Source: a virus. Taken from it: a DNA stretch of 37,726 nt. Where the stretch lies: IMG/VR virus record IMGVR_UViG_3300028635_000021, positions 1-37,726 of that record; one strand, written 5' to 3'. The notes under the pieces were generated by a model. It was not told the origin of the DNA. It made no database searches and worked only from the letters and a program-made list of their open reading frames with translations. Position numbers and translations under genes: made by a program. Every line of letters begins with the position of its first letter. Position 1 is the stretch's first letter. Below are positions 15,456 to 24,039 of this stretch, piece by piece.

Positions 15456-17245
15456 TTTTTGCCGCCGGCCACAAGTTCATCACTGACCACAACGGCCTTA
15501 GGGTCTGGGTTGATCTTTGGTGATCTGGCAGCATTCGCGTAATCGCGCCACGTCTTGCCGGGCGGCTTACCCGCTTCGATTGCCTTTAAGTCTAAATTAA
15601 ACGGCCGCTTGTTCTTGTCGAGTGCGAGGCCTTCCTCAGTAAAGATCCAATATTGACCTTCACCCACGGCTTTAAGTTTGATGCGACCATTGGCCTTCTT
15701 AAGGTTTATAGGATCACCGCTTGCCGTGCGCGGAACATCGCCCAGAATCTTTTCAACTTGATTGTCCCTGAGCTCATCAACCAGATCTTCAAACTGGTCT
15801 TCATTCAGGAACTGACCCTGCTTGCCTCGAAAGCTTGCGGTCTTTACACCATTGATATCAGCGACCGGGCCCATCACAGACTTAAGGGCTTCTTTTAAAT
15901 CGTTATCGACAAAGTCTTTCGGACTCTTGCCGCGCGAGAAAACGTTGTTGGTCATGAGTGCGGTGGCGGCTTGCTTGATAGCTAGGCGCGCGCCCGGATC
16001 TTCAATGGCCGTCCCCACATACGCTTCGAAAGCTTCTTCAACTGCCGAATCAGCCGGCGCGTCCACGGGTTTACCTGTACCCTCAGGACCTCTGCGAAGA
16101 AGAGTCATGCCCTTTACAATGCCCGCCGCTGAGTTCTTATCGTCACCGGCAATCATCATGGCTGCAGATAGGCCCGGCTCTTTCGCAAACAACTGACGCC
16201 CAATTAGCGCCTTTTGTTGCGGTGAGATCTTGTCATCAAGATTGTTCATTAGGGCTGCAGCATCCGTTGGCGACCTGGCCATAAACGAATCAGCTAAATA
16301 GTCCACTTCGCCGTCTGAGAGGAAGGGAATCTCCATTGCGTGTTTCTTTGATTTTTCTGCAATAAAGGATTCGCGCTTGGTGAATGAGTTGATGATGGAT
16401 TTTGGATCACCCTCGAGTTGCACAGGCGGAAGGCCCTTAGTCTCACCGATCTCGGTCAAATATTTCCAAGGCTGCTTTCCCTTTAATGACAAGAGCTTCT
16501 CTTGGCGGTTTTGAAACATCTCGCGTTTGCGATCGATCATCTCATAGGCGCGCCGAGTGTTGTCCGCGCCCAAAACTTCATCGTATTTCTTTGAATCCAA
16601 TAAGCGCTGGGCATCGCCAAGGCGGTCCTTCTCAATCATCCCTTGCACAAGGTTAGCGGTGATCTCGCGCTTGCCCACTTGATTGATGCTATCGACCGCT
16701 TCTTTGGACATGGCCGTGCTCGCGGAAACGAGAAGCATGTCGTGCTGTTTGAAGATGTCTTCTAATTTATTCGGATCAGCCGTACGGAAGGCCTCAAGCT
16801 GAAGCGTTTGGCTTGAGCGATCAATGTCGTCACCAATGTTCTTAACCAATTGCTGGTTTGCCCACTGATTGCCTTGAACTGAAAGCCTACGCTTTAAGTC
16901 GTCGCCCATGCGCTGCAAGCTTGATCTCGCCTGGTCACTTGGCGCAGCTCCGCCGATCTCTTCGATGTCCTTTTGAATAGCCTCTTGCAGCGACTTTTCT
17001 TGTCCCAAGGGGTTTGAAGCATTGTTCTTCTGCCAATCGATCATGCGCTGGCTTGCCCTGGTTTCAAGGTCAATTGCGCGCGAAGAAAGGAAGTTAGCTT
17101 CCTGTGCCTGGCGCTGACGCTGAAAGAAGTCTTGGGCGGCATCGGCACCGGAAGCTATGATGTTCCCTATGTCATCAGCCCGGTCCACATTGGACGGGTT
17201 TGCCAGCGAGGCTTGTTGCCGTTGGTACTCTGGAATTCTTCCCAT
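15452..17245 (-). CDS. Internal virion protein.
   Basis: 597 aa, assigned by position in the core-protein run. Confidence 0.5.
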   Translation of the reverse strand: MGRIPEYQRQQASLANPSNVDRADDIGNIIASGADAAQDFFQRQRQAQEANFLSSRAIDLETRASQRMIDWQKNNASNPLGQEKSLQEAIQKDIEEIGGAAPSDQARSSLQRMGDDLKRRLSVQGNQWANQQLVKNIGDDIDRSSQTLQLEAFRTADPNKLEDIFKQHDMLLVSASTAMSKEAVDSINQVGKREITANLVQGMIEKDRLGDAQRLLDSKKYDEVLGADNTRRAYEMIDRKREMFQNRQEKLLSLKGKQPWKYLTEIGETKGLPPVQLEGDPKSIINSFTKRESFIAEKSKKHAMEIPFLSDGEVDYLADSFMARSPTDAAALMNNLDDKISPQQKALIGRQLFAKEPGLSAAMMIAGDDKNSAAGIVKGMTLLRRGPEGTGKPVDAPADSAVEEAFEAYVGTAIEDPGARLAIKQAATALMTNNVFSRGKSPKDFVDNDLKEALKSVMGPVADINGVKTASFRGKQGQFLNEDQFEDLVDELRDNQVEKILGDVPRTASGDPINLKKANGRIKLKAVGEGQYWIFTEEGLALDKNKRPFNLDLKAIEAGKPPGKTWRDYANAARSPKINPDPKAVVVSDELVAGGKK

Positions 17246-17254
17246 GATCTTCCC

Positions 17255-17725
17255 CTAGTCCATCCCGGTTGAAAGGTAAGACGTGCCGCCGCTGTACGAC
17301 TTGGTATTCACGCCGCTTGAAGGAGTAAATCCACCACCCCCGCCGCCACCCATTCCGCCCATTGCGCCGCCCATCTTGGCCATGCCATTGGTGACGCCAC
17401 CGATAAACTGAGCGCGGCCTTGGGCCGCAACCCCATGCGCTTTGTTTCGCCCGGACTCTCTGAGCCTTAGGCGATCGGCAAGGCCTTTAGATCTTGTCTC
17501 TTCAATTACAAGAAGTGGTGAGCCATCTAAGATCACCCCGCTCTTTGCGTAACGGGATTCTTGCTCAGACATGAGCTTGTTGTTTTCGTCTTCCATCTGA
17601 AGCGCCTGAGCTTCAGCATCGTTCATGATGTTCTTGGCTTCTTTGCGTGATTCACTGGCTGCGCGATAGCCGCCGTAAATGGAACCCGCCGCGCCCACGC
17701 CAGCCATTACTGCTTCAGCACCCAT
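17255..17725 (-). CDS. Small internal virion protein with a Gly/Met-rich C-terminus.
   Basis: 156 aa, ...GGAMGGMGGGGGGGF... It occupies the gp14-equivalent position. Confidence 0.5.
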   Translation of the reverse strand: MGAEAVMAGVGAAGSIYGGYRAASESRKEAKNIMNDAEAQALQMEDENNKLMSEQESRYAKSGVILDGSPLLVIEETRSKGLADRLRLRESGRNKAHGVAAQGRAQFIGGVTNGMAKMGGAMGGMGGGGGGGFTPSSGVNTKSYSGGTSYLSTGMD

Positions 17726-18179
17726 CTGTTAACCTCGCCCAAATTGCATAGTCTTGTTTCTTAGAGCCGAACTTGCGAAGGACGCCTTCCTTTTCGAAAC
17801 CAAGGAAGGTCATCCAGCGCTCATGTAAATCATCGTTAAGGCAAAGTGTCTGAAGGCGGTGGAAGTTGTTCTCACTCAAAGTTCGGTTAAGCTGCCACCG
17901 AAAGAACTTCGCATAGCCAAACTGATGAAGCACAACGTCTTTCGAGGGAAGTTGCCAAACCGTTGCCACACCAGCACTAGCCGGACAAAGCCCAACGGAT
18001 GCCACATGCTTGCCTTGCTTGGTGATTGTCCATGCTTCGCCAGCGGATTCGAAAAACACAAGCTCACCTGCCGCGGCCTTTAGGCCCATCTCGCGGTAAA
18101 GTTCGCGCTCATGTTCACGGAGCTCACTGAGTGTGATATCTCGCGCCTCAAATGGTTTAAGTGTAAATCCGAACATCAA
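17715..18179 (-). CDS. GNAT-family (RimJ/RimL-like) N-acetyltransferase.
   Basis: The C-terminal half ...FHRLQTLCLNDDLHERWMTFLGFEKEGVLRKFGSKKQDYAIWARL matches the Acetyltransf_3 pattern. It lies between the tail tubular B-like gene and the core proteins. Confidence 0.6.
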   Translation of the reverse strand: MMFGFTLKPFEARDITLSELREHERELYREMGLKAAAGELVFFESAGEAWTITKQGKHVASVGLCPASAGVATVWQLPSKDVVLHQFGYAKFFRWQLNRTLSENNFHRLQTLCLNDDLHERWMTFLGFEKEGVLRKFGSKKQDYAIWARLTDGC

Positions 18180-20539
18180 GTTTCAGTCTCCACTTCAGAT
18201 GCGATCATTGAGACCGTGCACGGGAGCGGCTGATTTTGAACGATGTAAATGTTCTTCTCCCTCTCGGATCTGTCGAAAGGAGGGAGCTTCTTTTCACCGG
18301 TAAACAGAGGGATCGGTCTGTCGGCCTGGTGAGGTGTCGAGCGGAATTCGATCTGTTCTAATTTATAAGGATTCGTTCCATAGCTTGCGCCAAGCGAATT
18401 TATGAACTTCACCACAAGACCAGTCAGACTCTTTAACCTTCCGGGGCCAGACGCCAACGGCATAGTCTTAATTAGGCCGCGATAGTGAAGGCCCGCACTC
18501 ACATAAGCCGCCTGTTGGTCCAATGTTATAACGCCAAGACTTGAGACAATCTTAGGTGCATGAACGCCGCCGTCTGCCACGATGGTTGCTTCCGCGTGAG
18601 CTAGATGAGTTGCACCTGTAATGCTGTTTGTGGTGAGCGCCCAGTCTCCGACTGCGAGTGCATCTGTACTTGAGAATTGTCTTAGGATCTTACAGACAAC
18701 GGTGGTGGCGCTTGTGAATGTGATGATCTCGGCGCGTCCGTATCCGTTCTTCTCCCAGATCTCTCGGCCAACATCTCCAGATACAAAGACGTTTCCACTT
18801 GCCACAAAGTTAACAGCAAGACCTGTCACCGCTGCAGGAGTGAGCGTGTAGTCCTGATCATATCCGTCATATGAGAGTGCGGAATCTAAATGAAGCGCGC
18901 GGATTTGTTGATGATAGAGCGCATCTTTAAAGTCTTGATCATCTTCTTCTTCGCGTGTGGATTCGGTCCCTGAATAGTAATCTTGCCGGCGCACATACTC
19001 CGTGGGCAGATCCATAGTTTCAATGTAACTGACAGTTGAGCCACCGATCTCACGCTCTACGATGAACCACACTTGATCGGCACCCGTGGCCGTTGGAATT
19101 ACCGCCACGTCTTTAAAGGAATCCGTTGGATAAGTCTTATGCGTATGCCAAGCCAGCACGTTTTCTTTTGGATCAAGGTTTAAGCCAACAAGGCTTCCAT
19201 CCCAAAGCACGCACCAAAGAACATTCGGAGTGCCGCGCTGGTAAGCCATCTTACGGACACGCCCTCTTAAAACTTCATCGGCATACTTCGTTAAGTCATC
19301 GGGCTCGAATTTCCCGGTGGCCGGGTTCACGCCAAGGGTTAGCGCTTTCTTGCCGTCTTTTCTGATAAAGACCGGCTGATCACTAACGAGTTCCGGGCGA
19401 ATCGCCGCAACGCCTTCGTTTGTGATGTCTCTGACAAGTACATTCGTCGGAGTAACCGCATCGTTGTTTCCCCCGCCTGACATCTTCATTGCGCCCTCAG
19501 ACGCACCAATAAAAAGAAAATCAGAAGTTCCGATTAAAACTTGGATTGAATTCAAAAGCCTTGAGGCTGCGGCATAAGAGATTGCGTTCGCAGCCGCGGT
19601 GCCTGAAGTGTGAGTTGTAAACGCGCCAGCATCAGAACCACGAATGGCTTGCGGGGTGTCGATGATGTTCCCGTAAACAAGGCGCTGCTCAAAGAACGTG
19701 ATGGACTTTGGCCACTTCGAACTTGAAAACGGATCACTGCCTGAGCGCGAATAGGCTGCGCATGTCCAATCGAGTTCGTTCGAAGGCCTTGTGATCTTTC
19801 TCGGCTCGCACGTGGGGTGCACGATGTACATCACGTCATGCGCCTGGGCGTACTGCATCTCTAAGAATTCAGGTGCTGTGAATTCAACCCAGTCCGGGTC
19901 AATCGTAGTCTTCTCAAAGAAGTCATCAAACTCAGAGCCAGATGGTGTCTCATCATTCGGGACGCCGTCGTCAAAGGCCCGGTAAGGCGTAAGGCAGCCG
20001 GCGATCTGAAAAACCTTAGAGCTTGGCGAAGAAGTAAATGAACCGGTGAACTTACGCTGAACGCGGAAGTTATTAGCGTCCACCACTCTGATGACCCAAG
20101 GACCGCCGTTGTGGTTTGGCGAAACAAGGCCTGTGATCATAATCTCACAAAAATCAGGAAGGCCGTGGCCGGTGAGCTCATAACCTGTGTTGTCTATATC
20201 GTATTCGTAAACGCTGGTGATGGGCCCGATACCCGTTGGATCTTGAAGGAGCGCTCCGTCTTTAAATACGCGCATCCGTCTGTGAGTGAACTCGAGCATA
20301 TAGCTCTGCTCATCGCTGAAAACAAACGGCAAGAGCGTGGCGATCGAATCGGTCTCGCGGACAAATCTTGTGCCTTCGCGAAAGCGTGCAGGCCCCTGAC
20401 TGTAAGGGATGAAATTGATGAGCTGTTCGCAGCCAAAGAAATAAAACGGTAAGTCATAGAGCGCTTTGAGCTTTTGGCTCAACTGCCCAGCGGAGAATCG
20501 GATCTGTGTGATGGCTGACTTAAACCCCATTCGCGTCAC
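18176..20539 (-). CDS. Tail tubular protein B-like (nozzle).
   Basis: 787 aa. Its size and order match T7 gp12. Confidence 0.65.
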   Translation of the reverse strand: MTRMGFKSAITQIRFSAGQLSQKLKALYDLPFYFFGCEQLINFIPYSQGPARFREGTRFVRETDSIATLLPFVFSDEQSYMLEFTHRRMRVFKDGALLQDPTGIGPITSVYEYDIDNTGYELTGHGLPDFCEIMITGLVSPNHNGGPWVIRVVDANNFRVQRKFTGSFTSSPSSKVFQIAGCLTPYRAFDDGVPNDETPSGSEFDDFFEKTTIDPDWVEFTAPEFLEMQYAQAHDVMYIVHPTCEPRKITRPSNELDWTCAAYSRSGSDPFSSSKWPKSITFFEQRLVYGNIIDTPQAIRGSDAGAFTTHTSGTAAANAISYAAASRLLNSIQVLIGTSDFLFIGASEGAMKMSGGGNNDAVTPTNVLVRDITNEGVAAIRPELVSDQPVFIRKDGKKALTLGVNPATGKFEPDDLTKYADEVLRGRVRKMAYQRGTPNVLWCVLWDGSLVGLNLDPKENVLAWHTHKTYPTDSFKDVAVIPTATGADQVWFIVEREIGGSTVSYIETMDLPTEYVRRQDYYSGTESTREEEDDQDFKDALYHQQIRALHLDSALSYDGYDQDYTLTPAAVTGLAVNFVASGNVFVSGDVGREIWEKNGYGRAEIITFTSATTVVCKILRQFSSTDALAVGDWALTTNSITGATHLAHAEATIVADGGVHAPKIVSSLGVITLDQQAAYVSAGLHYRGLIKTMPLASGPGRLKSLTGLVVKFINSLGASYGTNPYKLEQIEFRSTPHQADRPIPLFTGEKKLPPFDRSEREKNIYIVQNQPLPCTVSMIASEVETET

Positions 20540-21141
20540 TCATAAATGTCACCGCGACGGGTTTTGATTCCGCGCCGGGCTGATCTTAGGCGTGAGCGGT
20601 GGATGCGTTTAGGTGGAGATTCTTGTCCGTCAGTGGCGTGAGCATCGGCGCTGGCTTCATCAAGAAGCTCTTTGAAGTCGCCAATCATATCCTTCTTGCC
20701 GCACCCAGGAGCCAGGTACATCGCAAGATCAAGCTTCAAGACTTCAACGGCTTGCGCGTCCCACTTGGAAATATTGGTGCAGTCATAAATGTAACGAAAG
20801 TTCAGCGTGCCGGATTCGTTGCACAAGAGTGTTCCGTCTTCGATTGCATAGTCAACGAGGCCCAGGTCGGCTGCGTCCACGAATCTTATAAAGTCAGACG
20901 GCAATTGATAGGCGGTGGAGTATTCGTATTCAGGCTCAGCAGCAAGCGCTGGCAGGGATACGCGTTTGGTTGCGAAGTTCCAGGTGTGGCGTCGAAGAAC
21001 CGCGCGGCGTCTAGCGTCGTACCAACGCGCAACACGCTTACCTAATCTGTCCGTTGGGTTGGTGATGTTCGCAATGGGTTCTTCACTAAGAAGATCCAAG
21101 CTTGCATTGCACACATCTAAACCGGAATTAGGAGCGGCCAT
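20536..21141 (-). CDS. Tail tubular protein A-like / adaptor.
   Basis: The start is placed at the ATG at 21141, behind gaaagggtgttg. ...CNASLDLLSEEPIANITNP...RWYDARRRAVLRRHTWNFATKR...YQLPSDFIRF fits the podovirus gp11-type pattern. Confidence 0.65.
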   Translation of the reverse strand: MAAPNSGLDVCNASLDLLSEEPIANITNPTDRLGKRVARWYDARRRAVLRRHTWNFATKRVSLPALAAEPEYEYSTAYQLPSDFIRFVDAADLGLVDYAIEDGTLLCNESGTLNFRYIYDCTNISKWDAQAVEVLKLDLAMYLAPGCGKKDMIGDFKELLDEASADAHATDGQESPPKRIHRSRLRSARRGIKTRRGDIYE

Positions 21142-21220
21142 CAACACCCTTTCAATCAAGAAAGGGTGCGAGCACAACTAAGCGCCCGCACCCCAGGAGG
21201 GGAAGCAAATCAGAAAGGGC

Positions 21221-21700
21221 TTAGCCCTGCTTGACCCACAAAATTGCGGAGATAGTTCCGGCAGCCGAACCAACTGTGTTTGCAGTCAGAACGATGTCGT
21301 AGGCCGGAAGGCGCTGAGCTTGAGTGTGACCTGCAAGTTCGAATAAACGCTTGCCACGGTTTTCAATGGCAACGTCTTTCAAACCATCAAGAACTTTCGA
21401 CGCACTCGAAAGATCAAGGCCGTCGGCCAAGTTGTCCTTATCGATGACTGCGCCGAGGTCAGGCTTGTAAAAGCCAACATCGTAATCAGTGCCCGCGGTG
21501 ATCGCATCGCACATGATAGTCATCGAAACCGGAATCAAGTCAGCGGCGAGGCCTTTGAACAAACGGTATTTCGAACCATCGTCGTCAGCTGCGAGCGTTT
21601 CAAAGGTTACGAACAAAGGCCAAGCTTGCGAACCGGCTGCGCCTTGCGAGCGGTTGCCAGCTGCCACATCAGAATTTACATATTTATCTTGAACTGCCAT
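21221..21700 (-). CDS. Capsid-associated protein (possibly a decoration or cement protein).
   Basis: 159 aa, directly downstream of the major capsid gene. Confidence 0.45.
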   Translation of the reverse strand: MAVQDKYVNSDVAAGNRSQGAAGSQAWPLFVTFETLAADDDGSKYRLFKGLAADLIPVSMTIMCDAITAGTDYDVGFYKPDLGAVIDKDNLADGLDLSSASKVLDGLKDVAIENRGKRLFELAGHTQAQRLPAYDIVLTANTVGSAAGTISAILWVKQG

Positions 21701-21718
21701 TGTGTGTTCCTTTCGACC

Positions 21719-22609
21719 TTAGGCCGTTGCTCTGATCTTTTGGATCAATTTGTCCTCAGTACGAACGGCACCGAGTTCACCGATAATTTGCACTTGAGTC
21801 GTTTCATACAGGTCAGGGCGATCGATGATCTCAATAGAGAACTCTTTCGACATACCGACCATCATCGCGCGCGTGGACATTGCGAAGCATGAGCGCTCGC
21901 CACCAGCAACAGGAAGCATGGGGTTTGCGACCGAAGCACCATACTTAACGATGTGGAAGCCTGCAGCCTTTGTGATCTCACCGGCGTCAACAACGATGTT
22001 CTTTGTGAAGTCACCGCTGATCAATTCAGTCTCGCCCATAAGTTGCTTGTGCTCTTTACCAGCCAAACCAAGAACGAACTTCTCGGGAACGTCGTTACCA
22101 ACTTCGTTTTCAGTGAAGTTCTGCATGACTTCCAAAAGCTTTTCGTAAGTCAAGCCAGAGGTTGCATCGATTGCGGTGTAACCCGAACCGGTTGCATAAG
22201 TAAGAGTGGTGCCGAACTGTTGGCCGGTAAGAACATCGGCGAACATCTTTTCAATAACAACGCGGTCAAACACACGGTCCATTGCGCGGATCATTGCTTG
22301 TGCGTAGCCTTGCTCAGGCGAGAGAAGCATCGAGCGCACGTCTGATTTGTCGATCGGCAAAGTAACCGCGAAGCGGCGCTTTGTGATCTTACGACGTGTG
22401 TGTTCGATAGAGTCGAACTGAACGGGTTGGTGGCGTCCGGTGATCTCGCGCGCTTCGACGATTCCAAGACCGTCGTATGCCCAGTTCTCACCCTTCATCG
22501 GGCGAACTTGAACGTAGGGTTTTAAGCGTGCTTGCGACTGTTGAGCCGCAACGTGAACCATGTCAGAAAACTGCGTTACTAACGCTGCATCAATTGTGTC
22601 ATTAGCCAT
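21719..22609 (-). CDS. Major capsid protein.
   Basis: 296 aa, following the scaffold gene and a long structured leader. The order is portal, scaffold, capsid. Confidence 0.7.
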   Translation of the reverse strand: MANDTIDAALVTQFSDMVHVAAQQSQARLKPYVQVRPMKGENWAYDGLGIVEAREITGRHQPVQFDSIEHTRRKITKRRFAVTLPIDKSDVRSMLLSPEQGYAQAMIRAMDRVFDRVVIEKMFADVLTGQQFGTTLTYATGSGYTAIDATSGLTYEKLLEVMQNFTENEVGNDVPEKFVLGLAGKEHKQLMGETELISGDFTKNIVVDAGEITKAAGFHIVKYGASVANPMLPVAGGERSCFAMSTRAMMVGMSKEFSIEIIDRPDLYETTQVQIIGELGAVRTEDKLIQKIRATA

Positions 22610-22713
22610 GTTGGCTTCTTCCTTTCGGATTACGGGTTAACGAAAAAACTTCTGGTTGAACGTTTCGTCGTGCTCCCCGTCTCGAAAGGACGGACACTTC
22701 TTATCTGTTTCGC

Positions 22714-22750
22714 GGATCGGCGGATGGCTTGGCCCATCAGCACCAGGACC
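22714..22750 (-). promoter_or_regulatory. Candidate late promoter A: GGTCCTGGT-N20-GCCGATCC, upstream of the capsid gene.
   Basis: The same 9-mer, the same 20-nt spacer length and a similar downstream octamer occur at 30385..30421. GCCGATCC resembles the sigma-28 -10 consensus GCCGATAA. Confidence 0.35.
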
Positions 22751-22811
22751 CACTGAATCAGCGGGCTCCCCTGGATTTGCTTATTCTAGGCTTGATCAGC
22801 TAAATGCTGTG

Positions 22812-23690
22812 TCAAGCGGCCTTGGGTTTCTTCAATGCGCCGACCTTCTTATAAATCGCATCGACTTCAGCCCTTACCTTGTCGTGATTCAGGCTCATGG
22901 GGTTCTGGAAGTCTGGGCTTGCCATGAGTGCACGGGCCTTAGTTTGAAGCTCTTCAGCCGATTCACCTTGAGGTGCGCCACCATTGCCATCTAAGCGTGT
23001 GCGGTCTTCACCCACATATTTGGTCTGGATCTGGTCAGCCAGTGCCGCCATGACAATCAGAGCGTTGTTGTCGAGGTTGGCCAGAAGGGGTTTTAAATTC
23101 GCCGGCACAATTGAATCGATCAATATTTGACCAGTCTTGAGCTTCTCATCCATCTTATCGCCAAAGAGTTCCTTTGCTTTCGCGGTGAACTCAGCGTTGA
23201 TCTTGGCGTTTTGATCTTGAACAACGCGGTCAATGATTGACTCGTATTCCTTTACAAGACCCTTCGCTTCGCGCGCACCAATCCCGTACTTATGCAAGAT
23301 GCCCTTCACCTCGGTGTCGATCGCCGGATCAAAAGCAGCGCCTTCTTCGCGCTCAAACTCATATTTGTCCGCGGCCTCGGGTCTTCCGTTGGCTGCATAA
23401 TATGCATCCCATGCTTCGGGGGCTGCATCATCTGCCGGGCGAAGTTTGCCCTGCTTACCTAGTAAGCCTTGAAGGTTGTCCATTTGCTTGAACACATCTT
23501 CATGGGACTTAAACGCCGATGCCCAGGGCTTCTCGCGGTACGCTTCTGGGATCGACGTGCGAAAATCCTGCGAATTTCCAGCGGGCGCGGCTGGTGTTGC
23601 TGGTGTATTGGGAGTTGCCGGCGGGGTTGCTGGTGCGGCTGCAGCCGGCGTGGCCGGCGCCGCGGGTGGCGTGACGTTCTCTGTGCTCAT
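22812..23690 (-). CDS. Scaffolding protein.
   Basis: 292 aa with a Pro/Ala/Thr-rich N-terminus and a helical, charged remainder. It lies between the portal and capsid genes. Confidence 0.65.
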   Translation of the reverse strand: MSTENVTPPAAPATPAAAAPATPPATPNTPATPAAPAGNSQDFRTSIPEAYREKPWASAFKSHEDVFKQMDNLQGLLGKQGKLRPADDAAPEAWDAYYAANGRPEAADKYEFEREEGAAFDPAIDTEVKGILHKYGIGAREAKGLVKEYESIIDRVVQDQNAKINAEFTAKAKELFGDKMDEKLKTGQILIDSIVPANLKPLLANLDNNALIVMAALADQIQTKYVGEDRTRLDGNGGAPQGESAEELQTKARALMASPDFQNPMSLNHDKVRAEVDAIYKKVGALKKPKAA

Positions 23691-23692
23691 AT

Positions 23693-24016
23693 CTATTCCT
23701 CCTTGGTGGGTTCTTCTTCTTTTCTAAATTCAATGTCCTTTAAAACTTCCACATCGATGAGCGCCCTGAGCTCACGATAAAAGTCTTGGCGCTGGGCGAA
23801 GTAACTGGTCAGTGAATCCATGATCTCGCCGGTTTGTGGATTAATAGCTGTCGTCGTCGTAAACCAATGGCACTGCTCCGCAATCCATCGAAGAGTGCGC
23901 TTGCCGTCTTCTGTGGCGAACGTGCGATTGATTGAGCCTAAGATGCGCGGTTCAGTGTTAGAAACCGCTTGGCGCGCCTCACGGCGAGCCTTGGCCTTAT
24001 CGTAAATGTTTCCCAT
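23693..24016 (-). CDS. Hypothetical head-module protein (107 aa).
   Basis: ORF between the portal and the scaffold. Confidence 0.5.
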   Translation of the reverse strand: MGNIYDKAKARREARQAVSNTEPRILGSINRTFATEDGKRTLRWIAEQCHWFTTTTAINPQTGEIMDSLTSYFAQRQDFYRELRALIDVEVLKDIEFRKEEEPTKEE

Positions 24017-24039
24017 ACCCCTCCCGAATTCTGCTTAAC

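Noticed and set aside
23469-23780. Plus-strand ORFs rich in Gly/Ala/Cys/Arg opposite the scaffold N-terminus.
   Set aside because: They are the reverse reading of the Pro/Ala/Thr-rich scaffold coding repeat, a compositional artefact.
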